A stretch of 62,770 bases of DNA, filler included, from Phoronis australis (GCA_002633005.1; 12 parts of 12 records of this genome joined end to end with filler, not necessarily neighbours in it); one strand, 5' to 3'. Positions 1 to 12,475 are shown, counted from the whole stretch's first letter. Translations and numbers: made by a program. The notes: generated by a model not told the origin, from the sequence alone.

Positions 1-169
1 TCAGGGGCATAGGTAAATACTGCAGATAACACTTACTGCTCAGAAATCGAATTAACAAAAAGTACCTGGGTAACACTTGTCTTACAATGCACCCTTTTTA
101 CAAAACAGTAAACAACGAAACTGCAATATAATAAGATATCGGACATATTCACATACTTATCAATAAAAA

Positions 170-625
170 ATTGTCGTTAAATGCCATCAAAAGTGGTTGG
201 ATTGTATTCCACATCCCGCATAAGAATGACTGAAAATTAAGCTTACTAACAACAGTCAAAACCTAGCCTTTGTTAAAACAGTTTAAGTGTTTAGGAATAA
301 CATTTGGCGACTCTGGTCAGAACACGTTGATCTGAATGGAACAAAAATGCACAAACCTGTAGTGCACGCAATAAACTGAAGAAATATCAGTCTTTATTCG
401 CACAGACAACGCTTGATAACTCCTTGATTAGAACTCGCTCAATTTTTGGCATCGTAATGGGGATTTCAAACTGTCAGCAGATTACAATTCCTTCAAAAAC
501 GGGAACTAAAAATAATCACTAACTCACACTACTTTGCGCTTACAAATCCAACATGGTTTAATCTTTAACAGATCAAACTGATGTACAAACATCTTAGCAG
601 GACTGTTATAATACACTGTGTGTAA
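170..625 (+). mobile_element. Decayed CR1/L2-group LINE ORF2 3' fragment
   Basis: Broken frames give FKCLGITF...WSEHVD and LLQKRELKIITNSHY, resembling the post-RT region of CR1/L2 ORF2; many stops and frameshifts. Confidence 0.4.
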
Positions 626-633
626 AGCTCCAG

Positions 634-1077
634 TGCCGGGTTGCATGAAACAGTCCCAAATAGGGACTCAGCTAAGTTCCCTAAATCTAGATGCACTGCG
701 TATTTGCGGGCTTTGTGAAAACATCGATTCTCTTATCTTATGCTGCTGGAGTATCATTATTACGCCAACATTTGGCTTTGATACAAATCGAGAGTGAACT
801 CTACATTGAATTCTCAATATTATTGAAAATGAGTAGAAATCTTTTCATGCAACGCCACCAATTTAAGGACTAAATCCCTAATTATTTTGATTGAATTAAG
901 GGCTCAGTTTTTGTAATATGATTAGAAAATGCCACTAGTCAAAGAAGAGCTCATAATAAAGATAAAATTGTAGAACAATATTACATACATGTATGTGTCT
1001 AAAGATCGAAACAAATACGAAAAAGATTTAGGGAACTTAGTTGAGTCCCTATTGGGACTGTTTCATGCAACCGGGCA
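634..1077. mobile_element. PIF/Harbinger-like MITE, 444 bp
   Basis: ~55-bp TIRs (tgccgggttgcatgaaacagtccca...agttccctaaatct at 634-688, reverse complement at ~1024-1077); 3-bp CAG duplicated at 631-633 and 1078-1080; no coding capacity. Confidence 0.85.
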
Positions 1078-1260
1078 CAGTAGACCTCGGAATTTAGCAC
1101 AGCTTGGGTAGTTCTGCTCGTAACCTCGTCATGAAATTTTTATCAATGTGTAGTGCTAATGACCGTTGCCTAAGTTTAAGTGGAAAAATTTAATATACAT
1201 CATTTTCTTGCACAAATCTCCGCCTTATGTAACTTTTGTGACATCTGTCGGGAGATGACG

Positions 1261-1699
1261 NNNNNNNNNNNNNNNNNNNNNNNNNNNNNNNNNNNNNNNN
1301 NNNNNNNNNNNNNNNNNNNNNNNNNNNNNNNNNNNNNNNNNNNNNNNNNNNNNNNNNNNNNNNNNNNNNNNNNNNNNNNNNNNNNNNNNNNNNNNNNNNN
1401 NNNNNNNNNNNNNNNNNNNNNNNNNNNNNNNNNNNNNNNNNNNNNNNNNNNNNNNNNNNNNNNNNNNNNNNNNNNNNNNNNNNNNNNNNNNNNNNNNNNN
1501 NNNNNNNNNNNNNNNNNNNNNNNNNNNNNNNNNNNNNNNNNNNNNNNNNNNNNNNNNNNNNNNNNNNNNNNNNNNNNNNNNNNNNNNNNNNNNNNNNNNN
1601 NNNNNNNNNNNNNNNNNNNNNNNNNNNNNNNNNNNNNNNNNNNNNNNNNNNNNNNNNNNNNNNNNNNNNNNNNNNNNNNNNNNNNNNNNNNNNNNNNNN
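1261..1699. other. Assembly gap (N run)
   Basis: Run of N without the linker motif. Confidence 0.98.
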
Positions 1700-1805
1700 A
1701 GCACGTGCAGAAACAACCATGCTAATTGTGGGGACGGCTGGTGGCCATCCAATTGCAAGCATGATTTCGTGTCCAGATACTGTCCGGCTATGTGTAAAAC
1801 CTGTG
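1700..1805 (+). CDS. Exon encoding a ShKT (ShK toxin-like) six-cysteine domain; 5' boundary at or in the gap
   Basis: Translates STCRNNHANCGDGWWPSNCKHDFVSRYCPAMCKTC with the ShKT C...C...C...CPxxCxxC pattern; ends at a phase-1 donor G|GTAAG (1805/1806). Not in the ORF track. Confidence 0.85.
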
Positions 1806-3797
1806 GTAAGATTCACTTCTTTGCGTCACACTTTGACATGGAGTAATTTATGTCATCGGACCAAATAGAGGAGAAGGTAATTAAGTCATATGTTAGCTGG
1901 ATGATTTGGATTCTTCTGTGAGAATTTACGCCTCTCGTCTTTCATCGACGGATGTGAAGTCGTGTTTACTTGAAACGTTGAACTACAGTAAATAAATTCC
2001 AACTACCGTGAATGACCCATCAGACCAATCTGATGAAAGTAAAAGACACGATTCGATTTAAGATATTTAGCCAACTTTATTTTTTTGGAGATGACAAATG
2101 TTGGTATTTTGTCTCCTTTTTCCGCGAAAGGTGTTTACTTATAAGGTGTATGTCAATCAAACTTCTTGCAAAACATTGTACACAATTCAGGTCTGGTTCA
2201 ATTCATTACTTACTAGTTTCATTCATGTTCTGCAAATGTAAAAACATCAAAACCAATTTTTGAACAAGAAGCCATTGGGCTCTTTCCTGTTTACCGTGAT
2301 TCCTACTAGTTGCACTAGTTAGACTTACATGCACAGAAACCTGTAATATGGAAAATGCATTGTAAAACCAATACGCGTATGACTCGCACGATTCACGCAA
2401 GGCCATGAACCTTTGTCGAGAACAATGCCTGTGCCTATATCCACAGCAAAACTTCTTACCACAAGCAACAGAAAGAGACGTAAGTGTTATCTCAAACCTT
2501 GGTCACAAAAATGTCCCTTTTTGTATTATTCCACATAAGGCTAGCATATAACTTGTTTTCACTCATGGAGAACCCCATGGAAAAAGTTTTTGCAGAACCA
2601 ACCACCTTCAGCCGCGTAGAAATTTGTTTACTGCAATACACATCCAACTTCAAAAGTTGAGGTGTCATTCAGAATCTAATCTCCTGCCACGCATTTGCAG
2701 TTCGGTATATCTACTCACAATTCACAGTTCTCCATTAACCGAGTCGTCATAATGTTGAATCAACAAAGTGTATTTGACAAAGCAAGATGCCGTGGTAGTT
2801 TTGGGAGTTGCGCGTCTGCGTACTTACGACCGCTCAATGTACGGCCAACGCAACGAGTCGCCGCACGGCATCTGGCACTTTTCACCAACACGGGCACGCC
2901 GTGACTAACGATAACCTCACACCCAACTTATCCATTTCATATGCTGTTTCGATCTGGTGCTTTAACCACATATATACTCGATTTCTATTCTCAATTCGTA
3001 GTTGGTGTCTAGGTGGCTTCCGTAGCTCATATGTTTTGCACAACAATTCACTGTTTACCTACTAACTTTAGATCCTGTGACCATTTGACTCGAGTCACCG
3101 AAACCCGACTTACAACATTAAAACTTTGTAGTACATGTAATAATTAAGTTAACTGTGCACTGCAACTTCAGATGATACCGCGAGTAAATGTTGAAATACC
3201 AACAAGGTAATGACATGTACAGGTTATATAGTCCAAACCGACTTTCACCGAATGAATATGGACGATATCGTTGTAGACGACTCGACTGTTTCGACAAATC
3301 GACTTCATTTGAACATAGGAATACACATTCTCAAAAAAATACGGCAGAGTGAATTTCATTGAAACTTTATAACTTTGAAATCAATTCATCAGTCTCAAAA
3401 ATATTTTCAGGCTTTTCGTTTTAAATGCCAAGTTTTCGCGTACGGTTAGGATAGATGAATACGACTGCTATTTTTCACAAAAATATCTAAATGTAACGTT
3501 TAGGTCGGGCTAACCAATAACTAACCGTGAACTGCTGATAAACAAATAGAACACAAAGACAAAGCTTACAGAATACCTCACTTGAAATATCCGCGCCATA
3601 TTGAAATTCAGTTACCCGCCAGACGGCGATCAGGTTTTTGAAGCACAATCGTTCAACGCCACTTACAGATCCCATGTAATGCGGATGAGGGGTTTCAACC
3701 TGCTGGTATGAACATAGTTTTATCGTAATCTATTTTGACCGGGGTACGCCACGAGCTATGTTGCAGAGTAAAACAAGATGAGGATTAAGAATAATGT

Positions 3798-4570
3798 CAT
3801 TTATCTCGACATATGTCCCGAATAATAGATAAATGATACGTGCGTAGCAAGCTCGTTACCAGCGATGAAAAGGAGACCGAGGTAGGCGATATAAGGTCAT
3901 TTATTATGACTAATACAATTAAAATATGACGAATACAGATAAGTAACATAAAATTGTAATCTTTATTATGACTAATACATTTACAATGTGATGAATACAT
4001 ATAATGTAAGTAACATAAAATGGTAATCTCCGGTAAGATGGACAATAAAAAAGCGCCGGCCACGTGGAAGTACGAGAGAATGACGAAAACTGGGAGGTAG
4101 AGGGTGGGAAAAATTAATAATCTTTGGAACGTACGACAATGTGGCCGGAACAAAGGTGAACTGCAAGCGAGGTTACAATAACAAAGTAAAACGCCTAAGG
4201 AAACGTGACAATCATCAGCCTATGAGAGCCAATAGCTGACCAAACTCGAGGCACGTGATAACAACAGACCAATGATACGAAGGCTGGGAAAACGACTTGT
4301 AGTCCTATACAATGGAATAATGGAATAGGCCGAAATGAGGGAGAAAGGAGTAAGACGGGTCCTTATGCTGACATAAATATCTTAAACGAGTGAAATACCA
4401 TTTATGATCGACATATGTACAGAGTAATAGATAAAGGATAAGTGCGTCGCAAGCTAGTTACCAGAGATGAAAAGGAGATCGAGGTAGGCGATATAAGGTC
4501 ATTTATTATGACTAATACAATTACAATATAATGAATACAGATAAGTAACATAAAATGGTAATCTCTGGTA
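3798..4570. repeat. Diverged direct repeat pair (~3798-4035 and ~4399-4570)
   Basis: Shared core gatgaaaaggaga(c/t)cgaggtaggcgatataaggtcatttattatgactaatacaatta...aagtaacataaaat(t/g)gtaatct; the first copy has an internal ~60-bp duplication. Confidence 0.75.
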
Positions 4571-5762
4571 GAAGTACTAAATAAGATTCTGCAAGATGGG
4601 ACAGAGTTTGTAATTACTACGTTTCCTGCTATTATAATGCCGGTGAATTTCTACTGCTGTGCGCTGGGATACACTAATGCCACGCAAACCTTGTAAAATA
4701 TAAATGGGTGAACGAGGACATCGTTTTCCATACATTTGTCACTGCCAAAAAGCATCCCCGACAAAGCCAGTGGCCGTTGCTGATATAGTGTGAGAGGCCA
4801 ACAGTGGAATTCATTCGTCTGCTTAAACACTAGTGGACCAATATGTAGTAATTGGATATCTGTCTTCCAAAAAAGTCGATATCGATCGGAAGTCACTTGC
4901 GCTCTCATTACACTAGAGAGCGCCAATGTGAAAAGTTCCCAATTAAAACTTTTCTCAGTTCACTTGTGACAGATATTAAACTTCTGCTGCTGTAGTTAAG
5001 GAAAAGAGGGGCCATAGGTATTTGTATTTTTGGTCTATAATCATAAATGGAAAGTTTACTAGATAAAAATTGAATTCAATAGATGCTCTAAATAACATTG
5101 TCATTTTTACTTCTTGCTACTGGAATTTTCTGTTTTCGGCATCCAGTGGAAGTTCATCTAAGAACGCTTTAGTCGTATAACACTCAAGACGTGTTCATTC
5201 CCGACCTTCAGCCTCGAGCAACATTGCTCTCCCAAGATCCGTATTACTTTGAGATCGGTCTTCATTTGAATAACATACGTATGTTGAACACATACGTTGT
5301 GCAGATACTACGCCTACAAACCCTCGTTCATACCAAATAATCGAGCAATTTGTTTTAATAGACCACTTATCACTATAAAACTCGTTTCAACTAGTTCATT
5401 ACTCTAATCACGATGCATGACGTAGTTGGGCTAGGTTCAATCATAGAACGAAGGTAGAAGATTCCTAATATAATGGTAACAGAGTAACTCTAAACTGAAC
5501 GGTCCACATGGGCTGTCTGTAACCACATTCTGGATACAGTCTTTTTGTGAACAGATTACGTATACATCTAGATTGAACGTGGTTACGACTTTGCATTAAG
5601 TTTGTAATATTGAATATTTTATTACAAGAGGTAACTACAGAACACCATAAAGAGTTCAAAGACTGGTAAGATACATGTATACAATATTATAAACACAATG
5701 TCGTTGACAGTGACCCTAACCGCTATTACTTGTGGTAAGTGTATCGTTGCGTCTATGTTTAG

Positions 5763-6046
5763 AGGCTCCCGATGAGCCGTGCGTCACCACCACTGCAGGA
5801 CTCGCAACAACCACCACTCCAAGCCAGGCGAAACAACTGAACACCGTTACATACTCTAAGAACACAGCTGGCAAGACAACGCAACTGACAACCATTGCAT
5901 CCACAACTGGTTCATCGCCGAACAACGGAGAAACTGATAAAACAAAGCATGCGTTAGAATCCGTCTCGGCCGCTCGTAGATGGCGTGCAAATTTAAGTCT
6001 GATCTCATTCTCGCTATTCGTACGTGTATTGTTTTCATTCATGTAA
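5763..6046 (+). CDS. Terminal exon: Thr/Ser-rich stalk plus hydrophobic C-terminus (probable GPI signal), likely of the ShKT gene
   Basis: Acceptor tttag at 5758-5762; phase 1 matches the 1805 donor (G+AG = Glu); EAPDEPCVTTTAGLATTTTPS...ESVSAARRWRANLSLISFSLFVRVLFSFM*. Confidence 0.65.
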
Positions 6047-7218
6047 CAGTGGAATTTTACTATTTTAATTTCGCTTTTCTATTTGCGACTGGAGTTTGGA
6101 CGTGGCCAACGTTGGTTTTCAGAACTTAAAATGCTATAGTGACTGAAATCAGGGGCGGATCCAAGATTTTGAGTAAGGGGGGCCAAGGCCAGAATAACGA
6201 TAACGCCACAAGCGAAGCCGAAGTCCGTGAGATACGGACGCAACGTCGATAATTTTTGTAAGTTTTTATTCCACTATTAGACTCAAACTTTATTTATTTC
6301 ATGACTCTTGTATGTCGGATTTGTCGATGAGGCAATGAATAATCGCTAAAAAATGTTTTTTTAAGACTACACACTACAGATGCAAATGATGATATTCTTT
6401 TGATAACAAGTATATATATCTTCCCAAACACGTGCACGATCACCATGAGGTTTGAAAGTATTGAAAGAGTTTTTTCATTTTGCTTGATTTTCCGTGGTTT
6501 TGCGAGTCTTGCCTATGTCAGTATAGAATGCACCAAAGGTTGTACACATGCAAACAAATCATGTGGACGACAAGCACCAACCGATCGATCGACCAGAGAG
6601 CAACAGCTTTTACTATCTCTCCATAAGGCAAAAACACACTGGTATATACATGTAACCACAGTCGCTACTACAACAGTTGTACATGTACAGCTGTTGAGAA
6701 CAGCGCAGGCCCTGATAAGGGTACCGACGAATAACCCGATCATCCAGGCCATGCAGTTCACTACAGAATTGGAATATATTATTTGTTTAAAACTTATAGG
6801 CTAAATGGTCACAAAACTCAATGTTTGCAGTATCACAAACCTAATATTCATTTGGTTCACATAACTACAGTTTTAGTAAAATGTTGTAAAACATGTTTTG
6901 GAATAATAACAATACATAGAATCCTACGACATTGACAACATAATCAAACTTCCTTTGACACATGTATAATTATATGAGACAAATTCCCACATACGTTCCA
7001 GATTTTTCAAAGAATTTTCGTGCTTATTTTGTTTAACTTTCTACTCTACTTTCATAATAAGGCCTATTTCATTTGCCATGCAATATGTAAAAAGTGATGG
7101 TGAAAGGGCAAAATCCACTGAAACGGCACGAATTACTGGGCAAATTGTGACAAATTTTCATTACTCAGCTGCTTTTGATTGTTTGATAAATTCGACATTT
7201 CGATATGCGTAGACTTAC

Positions 7219-7557
7219 TCATCGTTCATACGATGGAGAATACGTAAAGATGTAAATTGCCATAGTAGCCGTTATAAAGAAAAATACGTAGAAAAATAAC
7301 TGATCCATTACTATACCAACCATCTGCCATTCCTCAACAATGACGGCCTCAGCTTCTTTCTTTTTGAACATTTCTTGCAGGTCAGAAACTGCAAGCATTA
7401 TTCGTTTTAGGTAATATTCGGGCAATGAAGACTTTCGATCGATGTCTTCGATCTGCATGCTGTTTTGTTCTAAGCTGACAGCTTCAATGTGGTCGTTTAT
7501 GTGAGTTTCCCTCCCCGCTACCGCAGTTAATGTTTTCAGACGTTCAAGTGGATGTAC
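7219..7557 (-). CDS. Nicotinic acetylcholine receptor subunit, last exon (intracellular loop, MA helix, TM4)
   Basis: EEWQMVGIVMDQLFFYVFFFITATMAIYIF matches the Cys-loop MA/TM4 motif; acceptor ttttttcag| in phase 0; stop at 7219-7221. Confidence 0.88.
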   Translation of the reverse strand, partial: VHPLERLKTLTAVAGRETHINDHIEAVSLEQNSMQIEDIDRKSSLPEYYLKRIMLAVSDLQEMFKKKEAEAVIVEEWQMVGIVMDQLFFYVFFFITATMAIYIFTYSPSYER

Positions 7558-7746
7558 CTGAAAAAACAACGATGAACAATCTTTAATCTGAAGTTCACGT
7601 GCATATATGTATGAAGAACACGTCTGCTATAGATTAAGCGAAATTTCAAAAACCTCCATCACGTATCTCTAGCCTACTTGAAGATACCCGTATACCGACA
7701 GTGTGATTCCAGTGACAGTTGTTTTTAAAATCCAATCTAAACTTTG

Positions 7747-7897
7747 GGGCCTTTCATACTCACGTCGACGCGTCGATGGTTTGGAGGATTGTCTTCAGTA
7801 TGAATGCTGGACCGAAGTAAACAGCTTCAAGTAACACCGCAGTTAACATGTTGATTTAACAGCGCAGCGTCGACGCTGCGGTGCAGAATGAATGGTC
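7747..7897. mobile_element. Small degenerate MITE with palindromic subterminal motifs
   Basis: Imperfect inverted ends ggcctttcatact / agaatgaatggtc; palindromes cgtcgacg and gcagcgtcgacgctgc near the ends. Confidence 0.3.
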
Positions 7898-8475
7898 AAC
7901 TTCGGTCCCATCGAAGTTATCGCCAGGTGCCACTGTTATCGTCAACATTTTAAGTGTAGTGTAGTCGCTAATAGTTCCTTATATTTTGCTCGAATAATAT
8001 CCAATCAAATTAAAAATAAGTTTGATGTCAATTAGCCCGGCATGGGCGCGTTCAATGAAAACAGAGTTAAACCCTTTTGCATTATACAGTATGGCCTCCT
8101 ATTTGACTGCTATTTTTGCTATTCCTTACTCGAAAACTAAATGCGATGACATATTAAGGTATCGTATAGGCTAGAAGTGGGTCCTAGTATTTTGAATCAT
8201 AATACTTATCAAGGCAACACTGTCGCATGTGGTATTGATTTAATGAGAAGGAAATGGTATGCAACGGTAACCATTGTCACACGAACGTAATAGTCGAATC
8301 CCTAGCTGCTGGGTCACTTTTGTCCGTAATTGAGGAATATCAACTGCTTCTTGTGCTTGACCCTCCACTGCCATGATCCGCGAGTGACTCTGTTGTTTGA
8401 AATTACTTGCTTAAAATCAATCATTCTTTGCCTATTCCAATGCTCTTACTCCGCATGTCCTTAAACATAACTTAC

Positions 8476-8684
8476 TTTTGAAATGTTGCTTTCGTTATGA
8501 CATGCTAGTGTTTGTCTAACCATATATTTCCTGCAGGTAATTGTAGCCACCCAATCAAGTGCGATTTTCCTCAGCCAAGGGGGTATTCTTCTACCGTGAG
8601 AGCCGCCGTGATGTGTTGCCAAAATAAGCACGGAGAAGACCGTAGATAATGCCACGAGGATGATTGAAGCAGCGAAGAATTTTC
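8476..8684 (-). CDS. Nicotinic acetylcholine receptor subunit, penultimate exon (TM3 and MX helix)
   Basis: (G)KFFAASIILVALSTVFSVLILATHHGGSHGRRIPPWLRKIALDW is a typical nAChR TM3-HH-xxxx-PxW; acceptor ttttttag|, donor |gtaagt, phase 0 into the 7557 exon. Confidence 0.88.
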
Positions 8685-9929
8685 CTAAAAAACATCCAAC
8701 CACATGTAACGCAATATGAATTTTATGTCAATAGTGGAATTATAGTTTTTCCTTTTTAACATTCTCAATAGTGACTGATCCGGAACACATGAACATAAAA
8801 ACGACAACTTATAACATATTTACCGGAATGATACTTTGAAATTCTTGTTTCATAGTAAAACTGACATTCAAATGAGACAGTTGCACCACTCGGTAGCTAA
8901 TTGAGATGGCGTAACTACATGTATCTCACGTTATTGTCGGCTACATAATGACACAAGTCAAAGTGCTCTTATATCATAGTAACATATACATACATTAACC
9001 AGCAAAGGACCATTTTAAGTCGATGAAACATTGGCTATTGCACAAATGGATCATTTGTAACATCGGCGATCATATGCTGATGAAACTACCCTGATGTCTG
9101 TGAGAGACTAAAGCCAAATCATTAAGTGACCCACCCCTTGAAGAGGCCTTGTATTGCTAAAGCTATGCAATCACGTAAAAGTACTACATGGATTGCAGAG
9201 GCCATCATGTATTCATGCGCTTATATCTTCCGCATGACCCTCAACTGGAGATAGACGAAGTGGCGATTACGATTAGGGTGAGTTTACAAAAAAAACATGT
9301 TCATGCAACTAAGCTGTGTTATGAAATTGTATGTGAACAATCTTGCCATCATTTTAAGAATGTCTTGGGGCTTTGCTATCTACCCCATTACCTCTTTCGG
9401 AAGGTTTGCACTCACTAGTACTAAGCAACGTTAGCACCAGAAGCATTGGGGTGGTGTCATATCTGTCAGTGCAATGCACCGGAGCCGAGATCATATTGAA
9501 TTGCAACTTGGTGGGACTTACAACGTCTGTTGACGAAACACCATCTGAACTACACCAAACCGGTGTCGAGAGAATGTATCTATAACAAAAACTAAAACGT
9601 CGAAACACAACGGCGCTACAGAACTCGAGAAAAAAGAAGGGCAATTGGTCGTGAATTACATTTGCAGAAGCCAGGGAATCGTTATCGTGAAAGTAGTAAC
9701 CACAAGTGATACGCCTGTGTAACTACACTCTTGTCCCCAGCGGGAGAAACCAACACGGACACATGACAGCCTCGCTTGGCGTCACATGCCAATCAATGCA
9801 CAGAACATGGGAGACGGAATGACCCAGAGCTAAAGACACAACAACAGGTGGAAGCAATCCACTTGACCACTACCGATAGCACTGGCAGATCTATCTAAAA
9901 ACGACCAATGAAAACACCTGAGAGACAAA

Positions 9930-10930
9930 GATAAAGACTGGACGAGGAATTCCACCAATATAACTTTCCATCTCAGACTAGGAACTGCAACACGTCCAAA
10001 TTCCACACTATAGCGTTATTATGAATGAAGAGCTGTCTGTGCCAAAAGAACAACGCATTTCCAACACCAAAAACAGGAAAAATGTGCACATATGGAGATC
10101 TAGATCGACACTCAATGCACGAACAGAGGTTGGTTCACACTATGCTTTTCCCAAGAAAATCGACATATCATTGTCTAGGCCATCTGAAAGACAGAAAGAG
10201 CACACTTGACAAAGCTGTGACAACAGAAATTCGTACACGGTACTTTGTTTAAATAAGCGGGAACAACTAATTCTTTCACAGATGTCGACTAACAAGCGTT
10301 TTTCTCTCTGGTGCCTTGCTGTAGGACGGTCTCGAGACTGGCTTCCGTCAAAGTATAATTCTATGAATATTTTCAAGTTCAGGCACTTGGTTAATATTGA
10401 ATAATTTTAATACCCCTATTTTTACCTGTGTACTAGTCTCTTACTGATTTGTGTCATGTTCTAGTTAACGTTTTAATTGTGCACGTTGAATTTTCTATAC
10501 CACCTTTTTAAATTGACTTGTCTTTATTACTACAACCACTACTACTTCTACTGCTGCTGCTGCTGCTGCTACTGATGCTGCTGCTGCTGCTGCTGCTTCT
10601 GGTACTAACTGCCCGAGAGTCAAGAAGAGGGATATGGGGTGTTATACGATCTCATAACGCTTTGTTTAACCCGCGCATCTCTGTTCCAATGTCACGACAC
10701 CTCATGCAAATCAAGCAAACGTTTGATGCCTATCACCTCAACGTGAAGTCAATTAAAGACAAGTGAGATCATAGTACAGCTGCACACGCTAACTACATTG
10801 GACAATATGAAGACCAGTATTGCTCAAAAGGTCTTACATGTAGGAATTAGCAAGTTATCAACATCCTCAAAGATTTACTCATCCTGAAATACCTTATACC
10901 AGGAAGAGATAACCAGGAAGGGACAACTAG
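9930..10930 (+). mobile_element. Highly decayed RTE-clade LINE 3' portion, interrupted by other sequence at ~10260-10700
   Basis: Frameshifted pieces NVHIWRSRSTLNAR / RLVHTMLFP resemble RTE ORF 'IWKSRDITLxTKVRLVKAMVFP'; 10740-10930 loosely resembles the RTE C-terminal region. Confidence 0.4.
10526..10611. repeat. (CTG)n/(CTA)n microsatellite
   Basis: Seen directly; it creates the spurious poly-Leu ORF 10518-10766. Confidence 0.95.
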
Positions 10931-11512
10931 CTAAACCGCCGTTTTTGGCCTCCTTCCCCGGTCTAATTTCAGGACTTAAGTTTCGTTTAAAAGGAAACAG
11001 ATGATTTTATCAGAGAGATTAAAGCTTTTTCTATAAAAGGATATCAAAAAACTCACTTTGCAACCTTAAACAGTGGTGTAATTGTACTTTAAAAGTATCG
11101 ACTTCAGAGCACTCAATCGCAACTTCCCACACGCAGTCACGGGTATTTAAGCTTTTCCGTCGATGTATAGATGGCGCAGTAGTCAAGTACTCCCTCATTT
11201 GCATATCAAATTTGCATGTGGGAGTTCTAAGACTCTCGTCAGTTGTTGGTCGAGCGCTTGAGTGGATAAAGCGGTGACCTCCCACTGAGAGCACGCGCTG
11301 ATGAAGATACCAGTCGATCGCTTCGCAATCAGGAGGTGAAAACACTCTCATGACCGCAGTTCTGAATTCCAGCTAAGCAAGCCCTATTTCGAGGAGCGGA
11401 CTTTGAATTGTTTTCGTCCCCTGACAGTGGATTGCAGAGATTAGAATGAGGTCAACATCAAACTTTCTGCGGCTACATATCGTGTTGACAAAAGTTTGAA
11501 GTGTCAGAACCA

Positions 11513-11612
11513 NNNNNNNNNNNNNNNNNNNNNNNNNNNNNNNNNNNNNNNNNNNNTTAATTAATTAANNNNNNNNNNNNNNNNNNNNNNNNNNNNNNNN
11601 NNNNNNNNNNNN
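11513..11612. other. Artificial scaffold-concatenation linker N44-TTAATTAATTAA-N44, first of 11
   Basis: Identical 100-bp unit also at 14262-14361, 18811-18910, 30094-30193, 42613-42712, 44877-44976, 47621-47720, 52171-52270, 55108-55207, 58210-58309, 60521-60620; the 12-mer gives stops in all six frames. Confidence 0.97.
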
Positions 11613-12051
11613 CGTGAGTGGCGCGTTCATTTAAACTGTTTTCGAGTACAGATCGTGTATTAGTTATAGGGTAGGTACTTCTTGGATCCTTATAACATCT
11701 TCTAACCATGTAATAAGGGTTAAAAACGCGTGAGACGAGGACTTTAAGCATGGCAGGGAACAGCGAGACAAGTTGGCTTGTCACAATGACTCATGTCTGT
11801 GTTCAAAACAATGCGTCCAAAATAATGTTGGTGTGCTCGTGCTTTTTCTTATTTCATTGCTCAGGGTGGTGATGTTTCGTGTACTGTAACGGCACATACA
11901 TGGAATCACAGAAAGGTAGAACACAGACTTCAAATTCTTGTCCAGTAAAGGTTTGCTTGTTCTTCCACAGCAATGAAAAACATTCGACAAGCGCTGTCTC
12001 AGTGAGCCAAATGAAATAATTGTGTCTCCTTCAATAAAGTGCAGGAGAATA

Positions 12052-12314
12052 CGGGTATTTTACCGCCATAGTAAGGCAAGTTCCTGGTTCCGCTAAAACT
12101 GATTGTCATTGAGAGGCAAGCAAGTTGCGCACATTTTGGAATCTTAGTTTTGTGCGACGAACGTTCACAGAAGCACACACCCTTTTAAGGAAGTCTCGAT
12201 CATGAAAATTTGGGGTTGGGCGGTAAGCAGAGTATGGGCGCTTAAAACTGAAAATTTGAAAATTTTGGGGTTGGGCGGTAAGCCGAGCATGGGCGGTAAC
12301 CCGGTCGAGTACGG
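12052..12314 (-). mobile_element. Tc1/mariner (Tc2/pogo-like) non-autonomous element
   Basis: Right end gggcggtaacccggtcgagtacgg|TA is the reverse complement of the end at 54270 (TA|ccgtaatcgttcgggttaacgcccatgctc); subterminal direct repeats; left end degenerate. Confidence 0.55.
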
Positions 12315-12475
12315 TAAGTCAGGGTATAGTTAAAGGTGTGCAGTACACGGTGCAACAGGAGGCGTGATTGAACTAAGTCGGTGTACTGTTAAAAGTCTGC
12401 AAGAAGATAATGGCACATCCATAGTTAGTTGCCACTTTGATCAGATTGAGCAATAAATTTCCACGTTCCTTGTCA

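Noticed and set aside
1180-1816. Long ORFs spanning N runs (also 25237-26181)
   Set aside because: Length comes from Ns; the LCNFCDIC just before the gap lacks ShKT spacing and splice support.
10518-10766. Signal-peptide-like poly-Leu ORF
   Set aside because: Translation of a CTG microsatellite.
11245-11375. tRNA-derived SINE head
   Set aside because: An A-box-like sequence is present but the B box is poor and distant; no second copy in the window.
11557-11568. TTAATTAATTAA as a biological motif
   Set aside because: Always centred in exactly 44+44 Ns; an assembly linker.
11781-12050. Minus-strand ORF as another ABCC exon
   Set aside because: Only vague similarity, wrong position in the protein order, and no convincing splice sites.
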